From a candidate division FCPU426 bacterium (lineage in GTDB: Bacteria; Oederibacteriota; Muellerivitia; Muellerivitales; Muellerivitaceae): a stretch of DNA of 64,000 bases. Under the pieces are notes generated by a model. It was not told the origin of the DNA and did not search any database. It saw only the letters and a program-made list of their open reading frames with translations. The stretch is from NCBI GenBank assembly GCA_963719085.1, contig CAVRAL010000001.1, positions 192,001-256,000 on the forward strand. The letters are read 5' to 3'. Below are positions 55,762 to 64,000 of this stretch, in pieces; positions within the stretch are counted from its first letter, which is position 1; each line of letters starts with the position of its first letter. A program made the translations under genes and the position numbers.

Positions 55762-57975
55762 ATGGGTATTCAAGCCTTACTTGATCCGTCCAATATTTCC
55801 GCGACCGGGTTGACCCCCGCGGAGAGCCATCTCAATCGTCCCCTCATTCAAAAGGCCTATGAGTTCGCGAAAAAGGCCCATGAAGGCCAACAGCGGCTTT
55901 CGGGCGACGCTTATTTAACCCACCTGGTCGGCGTGGCGGAAATCCTCGAAGAGCTCCATATGGACTCCATCACCATCGCGGCCGCGCTTTTGCACGACAT
56001 CCTGGAAGACACCACAGTCACTTATGATCAATTGAAACAGGAATTCGGCGAGGAGATCGCCAACCTGGTCGAGGGCGTGACCAAACTTTCCACCCGCAAA
56101 TTCCAGGACGCTACCGTGCGCCAAGCCGAAAGCACCCGCAAGATGCTGGTGGCCATGGCCAAAGACGTGCGCGTCATCCTCATCAAATTGGCCGACCGAA
56201 CCCACAATATGCGCACCCTGGAATTTTTACCCCAGGACCGGCAGGAAAAAATGGCCCGGGAGACGCTGGATATTTACGCGCCCCTGGCCCATCGGCTGGG
56301 AATGGCCAAGATCAAGAGCGAGTTGGAAGACCTGTGCCTGCGCTACCTGCGGCCCGAGGTTTACCGCGACCTGGTGAAAAAAGTGGCCATGAAAAAGGCC
56401 GAGCGCGAAAAGATGGTGGAAACGGTTAAGGCCCTGATTGAGAAGGGTTTGAAAGAGGCGGGCATCACCGCCCAGGTCCAAGGCCGCTCGAAACATTTCA
56501 CCAGCATTTACCAAAAGATGACCGAGCAGGGAAAAGATTTTGATGAGATTTACGACCTGATCGCGATCCGGGTTTTGACCAACACGCTGAAGGAATGCTA
56601 TGAGGTTTTGGGGATGGTGCACACCCTTTGGAAGCCCCTGCCGGGGCGTTTCAAGGACTATGTGGCCATGCCCAAGAACAACCTGTACCAGAGCCTGCAC
56701 ACCACCGTGATGGGGCCCTCGAACCAGCCTTTGGAAATTCAGATCCGTACCTACGAAATGCACCGCACCGCCGAGGAAGGCATCGCGGCCCACTGGATTT
56801 ATAAAGAGGGCCGTGGGTTTGAGAAAGAGGACCAGAAATTCGCCTGGATGCGGCAACTCCTCGACCTGCAGCAGGACATCAAGGACACCACGGAATTTTC
56901 CGAGGCCATGAAGGTGGATTTGTTCGAGGACGAGGTCTTTGTTTTTACCCCTAAGGGCGATGTGAAGGAGATGCCCCGGGGAGCGACGGGCCTGGATTTC
57001 GCCTATACGGTCCATACAGATGTGGGCACCCATTGCATGGGCGTCAAGGTGAACGGTCAAATGGTACCGCTGAAATACATCCTTAAAAACGGCGACATTG
57101 TGGAAGTCTTGACCCAGACCTCCCGCACGCCCAGCCGCGATTGGCTCAAGATTGTCACCACGAGCCGGGCGAAGAACAAAATCCGCCACTGGTTCCGAAC
57201 CCACTTGTCGGCCGATGAAATTGATAAGGGACGGCACTTGTTGGAAAGGGAAGCGGTCCGCTTGGGAGTGGACTTCAACGAGGCGCTTAAGTCGGGCTTG
57301 CTTGAGAGCCTGGTTTCCGATTTCGGGTGCCATAACGTGAACGAACTTTTGGCCAATACGGGCCACGGGGAAATCTCGGCCAAGACCCTGCTCAACCGGA
57401 TTACGGCCAAACTCGAGGAGTCCCAGCCGGAAAAGGCCGAGAAGGCCCCCAAATTGGATGAAAAGAAACCCGAGCCCCACACCTATCGGAGCCTGACCCA
57501 GGAGCCCGTGCGCAATATCCCGATGGAAAAGGGAATCTCCATTTCGGGCAAGACCGACTGGCTCATTCGTTTCGCCCGCTGCTGCACGCCGGTGCCCGGC
57601 GACCCCATCGTGGGTTATATTACCCGTGGACGGGGCGTCTCCGTGCACCGCACCGATTGCCCCAACACCCTGCTTTTGCCCGACGGCGAAAACCGGATGA
57701 TCAAGGTTTCTTGGGAAGCCAATGAGGGACAGGTTTACGAGGTGGCGGTGGAAGTGAAGGCCCGGGACCGGGACAAGCTGTTATCCGACATGCTTTTGGC
57801 GATCTCGGAAGAAGGCGTCATCATCAACGAGGCCAATGCCAAGACGGTGGAAGGCGGCTGGGCCCAAGGTTATTTCCTTTTAGGGATTTCTTCGGCGGAC
57901 CAACTGCAAAAGGTCCTGAAAAAACTGGAACGGGTGCAGGGCGTGGTGAACGCGCGCCGGATTGAGCCGCGTTAA
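55762..57975 (+). CDS. rel: Bifunctional (p)ppGpp synthetase/hydrolase Rel
   Basis: HD domain (LLHDILED), KLADRTHN, GRSK, YQSLHT, EIQIRT, TGS (FTPKG), ZFD (ARCC, HRTDC), ACT. Confidence 0.97.
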   Translation: MGIQALLDPSNISATGLTPAESHLNRPLIQKAYEFAKKAHEGQQRLSGDAYLTHLVGVAEILEELHMDSITIAAALLHDILEDTTVTYDQLKQEFGEEIANLVEGVTKLSTRKFQDATVRQAESTRKMLVAMAKDVRVILIKLADRTHNMRTLEFLPQDRQEKMARETLDIYAPLAHRLGMAKIKSELEDLCLRYLRPEVYRDLVKKVAMKKAEREKMVETVKALIEKGLKEAGITAQVQGRSKHFTSIYQKMTEQGKDFDEIYDLIAIRVLTNTLKECYEVLGMVHTLWKPLPGRFKDYVAMPKNNLYQSLHTTVMGPSNQPLEIQIRTYEMHRTAEEGIAAHWIYKEGRGFEKEDQKFAWMRQLLDLQQDIKDTTEFSEAMKVDLFEDEVFVFTPKGDVKEMPRGATGLDFAYTVHTDVGTHCMGVKVNGQMVPLKYILKNGDIVEVLTQTSRTPSRDWLKIVTTSRAKNKIRHWFRTHLSADEIDKGRHLLEREAVRLGVDFNEALKSGLLESLVSDFGCHNVNELLANTGHGEISAKTLLNRITAKLEESQPEKAEKAPKLDEKKPEPHTYRSLTQEPVRNIPMEKGISISGKTDWLIRFARCCTPVPGDPIVGYITRGRGVSVHRTDCPNTLLLPDGENRMIKVSWEANEGQVYEVAVEVKARDRDKLLSDMLLAISEEGVIINEANAKTVEGGWAQGYFLLGISSADQLQKVLKKLERVQGVVNARRIEPR

Positions 57976-58361
57976 TGGAAAAAGAAATGATCCGGTCCGA
58001 CGGCGCCCCCTCGCCGATTGGGCCCTATTCGCAGGCCGTGGCGGCGGGGGATTTTATTTTTTGCTCGGGCCAAATCCCCCTGGACCCGGCGACCAACACG
58101 TTGGTGAGCGGGGATATCCGGGTCCAAGCCGAGCGGGTTTTGGATAATTTGCAGGCGGTGCTGAAAGCGGCGGGGTCCGATTTGGACCGGGCCGTGAAGA
58201 TCACGGTTTATTTGAAAGACATGAATGACTTCGCCGCCTTGAATCAGGTTTTTGAGGGCCGGTTCAAAACCCATCCCCCTGCCCGGGCGGTGGTCCAGGC
58301 GGCGGCTTTGCCGAAGAACGCCTCCATTGAAGTGGATTTGATCGCGTTGAAGGGGAATTGA
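57975..58361 (+). CDS. ridA: RidA/YjgF family enamine/imine deaminase
   Basis: PIGPYSQA, SGQIP, PARA, LPKNASIE. Confidence 0.93.
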   Translation: MEKEMIRSDGAPSPIGPYSQAVAAGDFIFCSGQIPLDPATNTLVSGDIRVQAERVLDNLQAVLKAAGSDLDRAVKITVYLKDMNDFAALNQVFEGRFKTHPPARAVVQAAALPKNASIEVDLIALKGN

Positions 58362-58497
58362 TCCGGCTTTCAAGGAACTGGTTTGCAATCGTGAAAGACT
58401 GTTTCCGCTGGAGCCGCTTAGCGAAATTAAAAGTGAGGATCGGTCCGCCCCATCGGGGCTAGGACCTTCAGAAATTTCTCAGCGGAAAGGTTGACTG

Positions 58498-60315
58498 ATG
58501 CCGGGAACTCCTTGCGTGAACCATGCCGACCGAGACGCGGTCGGTAACTGTAGCCGTTGCCACCGGTTTTTCTGCGGCGCTTGTTTGGGGCTCGATTCCA
58601 AAATGCAGCCCATCTGCGCCAGCTGTGAGAAAGAGACCGGCGCGGCGTCTTTGGGCGCGCAGCAGCCGGCCCTGTCCCCTTTGGGGGCGCCGGCCGGGGT
58701 CATTCCACCGTCTTCGGTGGGGGGGGCGTCCAAACCTGGATTTGATGTTTTGAAACACAAAATGGAAGAGGATGATCCTCTAGGGCTTTTAAACACGCCG
58801 GCCCCGGCAGCGGCGCCTAAGGCGCCGATTAAAGCCGAAGCCGCGGCTTCCTCGTCGGAAGAAGTTTTGAGTGAAGAAGACGCCATGGAAATCGACGTGG
58901 ATGTGCCCTCCGCGCCTAAGCCCCAGGCGCCCGCGCCTGCCGTCGCGGCGCCAAAGATTTCGTCCGGGTCGCTTTTGGATGATTTACTCACCACGCCCCC
59001 TTCGGCAGTTGTGCCTCCGATCAAAGCGCCGGCCCCCGCGGCGGGACCTGTGATCGCCCCGTCGCCTTCGATCACTGCCCCGGTGATGCCGCAACCGATG
59101 TCCCCTGCGGCATCCTCCTTGGGGACCGTGTCAGCGCCCAAGCCCCAGTCTCCCGTGATCCCGGCTTCTCCCGCGGCATTTGATGCCCCGGCCGGGTCCG
59201 CTCCCGCTTTCCCAAAAGCGTCTCCCTTGGGGACCGCGCCCGTCGCCCCTTCGACATTTGCCCCGACGACGGTTGGGATACCGGCTTCCCCCTCCGCCGG
59301 GTTGGACGATCTTTTGAAGCCCCCGCAGCCGATCGCGCCGGCCGCCGCGCCATCCGCCCCCGCTTCGGGGACTGCGCCGGCCGGCGGGTTGGATGATTTT
59401 CTTTCCGCGCCGATCGCCAAACCCAAGCTTCCGACCGTGACTCCCGTGACTCCGGCCAAATTGAATCTCGACATAAAGCCGGCGGTTCCCATGGCTTCGT
59501 CCGCGCCCCTGCCCGTGTTGGATCCCATCAAGCCATCCATGCCCAAGCTGAACCCTTCGGCGCCCGTTCCCAAGGCGATCGATATTCCGGCCGCGAAGGT
59601 TTCCCTGCCCGATGAGGATTTGAGTCCTAAAGAAAAAGGGACCGGGTTAATGGCCGCGTTGCTTAATTCCAACCTCACGGTCATGAAAATTAAAATTCCT
59701 TATTATGCTTTGGCGGCCGCCTTGGTGGTTTTTTTAGGGCTGGCCGGGTGGGGAATCGCCTCGGCCGGCGGCGGACCCTCGATTAAGATCGTGGACACGA
59801 TCGCCCCGCTCCAAATCGTGCAGGTGGACGCCAGCCAGATCGCCGACATGGACATCACGACCTATTCGGATATCCAGACCAAGCTCCAGGCCATGCAGTT
59901 CACCAACTTTATCCAGATGACGGTGCCCGAGCTTCCCTCGCCCAATTTTTTTAACGTCCAAATGAAACCGGAATCCGGCACCTATGCCGAGGTCATTAAG
60001 ATGCCGGGGCAGTTAAAACCGGTGCTTTCTTACGTGACGGTTTTCACCAACGGCGTTTGGTATTCCACCAATGGCTGGGACGGGAAAAACCAGGAACTGG
60101 AATATTTGGTAAGCGAGTTTGATCCTAATGACGATCCGGACCAGTTATACGTAGCCCATATCCAAGGAGTGGACAAGCTCAAGAGCGATAAGGGCTGGGA
60201 CACGCAAACCATGAGCGAGGACCGCTATCTAGCCGCCTTCAGCGATCATGTGCGCTGGTACCTGGATTACAAGGATATCGCCGGATACCAAGCCGACTTC
60301 GCCGACTGGCATTGA
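58498..60315 (+). CDS. Hypothetical bitopic membrane protein: B-box-like Zn finger, long Pro/Ala linker, TM, C-terminal globular domain
   Basis: CVNH-x7-CSRC-x4-CGAC-x10-CASC; about 340 aa of low complexity; TM YYALAAALVVFLGLAGWGI. Confidence 0.75.
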   Translation: MPGTPCVNHADRDAVGNCSRCHRFFCGACLGLDSKMQPICASCEKETGAASLGAQQPALSPLGAPAGVIPPSSVGGASKPGFDVLKHKMEEDDPLGLLNTPAPAAAPKAPIKAEAAASSSEEVLSEEDAMEIDVDVPSAPKPQAPAPAVAAPKISSGSLLDDLLTTPPSAVVPPIKAPAPAAGPVIAPSPSITAPVMPQPMSPAASSLGTVSAPKPQSPVIPASPAAFDAPAGSAPAFPKASPLGTAPVAPSTFAPTTVGIPASPSAGLDDLLKPPQPIAPAAAPSAPASGTAPAGGLDDFLSAPIAKPKLPTVTPVTPAKLNLDIKPAVPMASSAPLPVLDPIKPSMPKLNPSAPVPKAIDIPAAKVSLPDEDLSPKEKGTGLMAALLNSNLTVMKIKIPYYALAAALVVFLGLAGWGIASAGGGPSIKIVDTIAPLQIVQVDASQIADMDITTYSDIQTKLQAMQFTNFIQMTVPELPSPNFFNVQMKPESGTYAEVIKMPGQLKPVLSYVTVFTNGVWYSTNGWDGKNQELEYLVSEFDPNDDPDQLYVAHIQGVDKLKSDKGWDTQTMSEDRYLAAFSDHVRWYLDYKDIAGYQADFADWH

Positions 60316-60393
60316 GTTTCGGTGATTAGTCCAAAATGGCCTAACGCCCCGCGTTTTTTCAAATCCACTTAAAAACGGTTGCCGGGGCTCGGG

Positions 60394-61925
<1,532 letters not shown>

Positions 61926-61931
61926 AGTCCG

Positions 61932-62049
61932 TTTACATTGATGAACGCAGATGGACGCGGATGAATAAAACCCAACCAGTCGATTTTTTGATTCCGTCTT
62001 TTTAGTGATTTGGTTGATTTAAATCGGAGTTTATCCGCGTTCATCATTG
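61932..62049. repeat. Palindromic tandem-unit element, CGCGGAT type (copy 2; guaB|guaA)
   Basis: tttacattgatgaacgcagatggacgcggat ... atcggagtttatccgcgttcatcattg. Confidence 0.75.
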
Positions 62050-62079
62050 TTTCATTGCCTGAACTTTTAAGGAATCCTT

Positions 62080-63630
62080 GTGAAACACGATCTTGTCATT
62101 GTTTTGGATTTCGGGGCTCAGTACAGCCAGCTCATCGCCCGCCGGGTTCGGGAATCCAAGGTTTACTGCGAAATCCTGCCCTTCAACACGCCGACCGCTA
62201 AAATCCTCGAGAAAAATCCCAAGGGCATCATCCTGTCCGGCGGGCCTTCCAGTGTTTACGCCCCCGGCGCGCCCCATGTGAAGGCGGATCTTTTTGAAAG
62301 CGGCGTGCCGATGCTCGGTATTTGCTACGGCATGCAGCTCATCAGCCAGGCCTTGAAGGGGAATGTCCAAAAAGCCTCCAAGCGGGAATTCGGGCTGGCT
62401 CCGCTTCACATCAAATCCGCGAAGCTTCTTTTCGCCGGGCTTCCGTCCAAACTCAATGTTTGGATGAGCCATGGGGATCAAGTCACCCGCATTCCAAAAG
62501 GATTTAAAAGCCTGGCTTCCACCTCCACTTGCCCCTTCGCGGCGGCCTATGATGAAAAACGGCGGATTTACGGAATCCAGTTCCACCCCGAAGTGGTCCA
62601 TACCCAAAAGGGCAGCCAGATCTTGCGGAATTTCGTCTTGAAGATCGCGAAGGCCAAACCCACTTGGACCATGGATTCTTATGAAAAAATAGCCATCGCC
62701 GAAATCCGGGCCAAGGTCGGGAAGGGCCGGGTGCTTTGCGGCGTTTCGGGCGGCGTGGATTCCACCGTGGCGGCCACTTTGATCCACCGGGCGGTGGGGA
62801 ACCAGTTGGATTGTGTTTTCGTGAACAACGGGGTTTTGCGCCAAGGCGAGGCCGAGCAAGTGGTCAAGATGTTCAAGGAACAACTGCGGATCCCGCTTCA
62901 TTACATCAACGCGGAAAACGAGTTCTTGAAGCTTTTGGAAGGCGTCAGCGAACCGGAGAAAAAACGGAAAATCATCGGGAACACTTTTATCCGGGTCTTC
63001 GAGAAAAAGGCGCGGGAACTGCAAAAGAAAAAGGGCCCCTTTGAGTTCCTGGCCCAGGGAACCCTTTATCCCGACGTGATCGAAAGCGTTTCGGTGAAGG
63101 GCCCCTCGGCGACCATCAAGAGCCATCACAATGTGGGCGGCCTGCCTAAGGATATGAAATTTAAACTGGTCGAGCCCTTGCGGGAACTGTTTAAGGATGA
63201 GGTGCGGGAATTGGGCAAAGAACTCAAGGTGCCCCATGATCTTTTGTGGCGTCAGCCTTTTCCCGGTCCGGGTTTGGCGGTGCGGCATATCGGGCCTTTG
63301 ACGAAAGCGAGGCTTGATGTTTTGCGCAAGGCGGACGCCATTGTGCAGGAAGAAATCGCCAAGGCGGGGCTTTATCACTCCATCTGGCAGTCTTTCGCGG
63401 TCCTCACGCCGGTCAAATCCGTGGGGGTTATGGGCGATGAAAGAACTTACGAGAGCGCCTGTGTCATCCGGGCGGTCCATTCCACCGACGGCATGACGGC
63501 CGATTGGGTGAAGCTTCCCTATGACCTTTTAGGCAAGATGTCCAACCGCATCATCAATGAGGTCCGCGGCATCAACCGGGTGGTTTATGACATCACCAGC
63601 AAGCCCCCCGGCACAATTGAGTGGGAGTAG
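62080..63630 (+). CDS. guaA: GMP synthase (glutamine-hydrolysing)
   Basis: [41 protein letters not shown]. Confidence 0.98.
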   Translation: MKHDLVIVLDFGAQYSQLIARRVRESKVYCEILPFNTPTAKILEKNPKGIILSGGPSSVYAPGAPHVKADLFESGVPMLGICYGMQLISQALKGNVQKASKREFGLAPLHIKSAKLLFAGLPSKLNVWMSHGDQVTRIPKGFKSLASTSTCPFAAAYDEKRRIYGIQFHPEVVHTQKGSQILRNFVLKIAKAKPTWTMDSYEKIAIAEIRAKVGKGRVLCGVSGGVDSTVAATLIHRAVGNQLDCVFVNNGVLRQGEAEQVVKMFKEQLRIPLHYINAENEFLKLLEGVSEPEKKRKIIGNTFIRVFEKKARELQKKKGPFEFLAQGTLYPDVIESVSVKGPSATIKSHHNVGGLPKDMKFKLVEPLRELFKDEVRELGKELKVPHDLLWRQPFPGPGLAVRHIGPLTKARLDVLRKADAIVQEEIAKAGLYHSIWQSFAVLTPVKSVGVMGDERTYESACVIRAVHSTDGMTADWVKLPYDLLGKMSNRIINEVRGINRVVYDITSKPPGTIEWE

Positions 63631-63645
63631 ATAAGAACCTCAATT

Positions 63646-63775
63646 AAAACCATTTTCACCGCCAAGACGCCAAGTTCGCCAAGAACGGCTAAAAACAAGA
63701 ATTTAACACGAACCATGATCTATTTTGTTTTGCTTTTCTTGGCGTACTTGGTGTTTTGGCGGTAAAACTGGTTTT
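63646..63775. repeat. CCAAG/CTTGG palindromic element (after guaA)
   Basis: aaaaccattttcaccgccaagacgccaagttcgccaag ... cttggcgtacttggtgttttggcggtaaaactggtttt. Confidence 0.88.
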
Positions 63776-63874
63776 GCTGGAATCCTTGAGTTTTTTCTGA
63801 GCTGATTTGTTCCTTGTGGCCCCGCTTTAAGCCCTATAAAATCTATTGGTTTGGACATTCCACCGGGGGTTTTC

Positions 63875-64000
63875 ATGAAACAATCCTTCGCCTTGTTGGC
63901 CGGCCTCTTTTTGGCCCTCTCAATCCCTTGCCGCCTTTGGGCCTGGGGGGACTATGGGCACCAGGTCATCGCCCAAATCGCTTATGACAACTTAAGCGCC
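63875..64000 (+). CDS. S1/P1 nuclease, N-terminal fragment (runs off the window; not in the ORF track)
   Basis: MKQSFALLAGLFLALSIPCRLWA-WGDYGHQVIAQIAYDNLSA: signal peptide followed by the WGxxGH motif. Confidence 0.8.
   Translation, partial: MKQSFALLAGLFLALSIPCRLWAWGDYGHQVIAQIAYDNLSA

Overview
A 64 kb chromosomal window from a diderm bacterium (it encodes an outer-membrane beta-barrel and an autotransporter). Most genes are on the + strand, and I see no rRNA, tRNA, CRISPR array, integrase or transposase. 1-15 kb holds accessory metabolic and envelope genes: HAD, alpha/beta hydrolase, a Cys-rich leader ORF plus CxxCxC beta-barrel, TetA-like MFS, M48 peptidase, glpK, AKR, pmtA, a sulfatase-fold membrane enzyme and an AcpA-like phosphoesterase. 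15-40 kb is a complete dcw cluster (mraZ to ftsZ) with two STAS genes between mraZ and rsmH, followed by a deacetylase, an amidase and pgeF. 40-64 kb holds a Gly-rich autotransporter, ogg, an atypical two-component cluster, HU, two GT-C paralogues, an O-antigen-ligase/TPR gene, rel, ridA, a B-box/Pro-rich membrane protein, guaB, guaA and a partial S1/P1 nuclease. Most notable: (1) palindromic tandem-unit elements sit in every spaced gene junction from murE to ftsZ, and four are spanned by mini-ORFs that bridge the flanking genes; (2) a candidate metal-sensing ribosome-stalling leader (Cys cluster, PPPR, anti-SD hairpin) precedes a Cys-motif OM barrel; (3) a displaced copy of the acpA 3' end brackets a pmtA plus sulfatase-fold cassette; (4) two dcw STAS proteins lack the phosphoacceptor Ser, and an NtrC-like protein is a pseudo-ATPase. 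All calls come from reading motifs by eye; no database searches were run.
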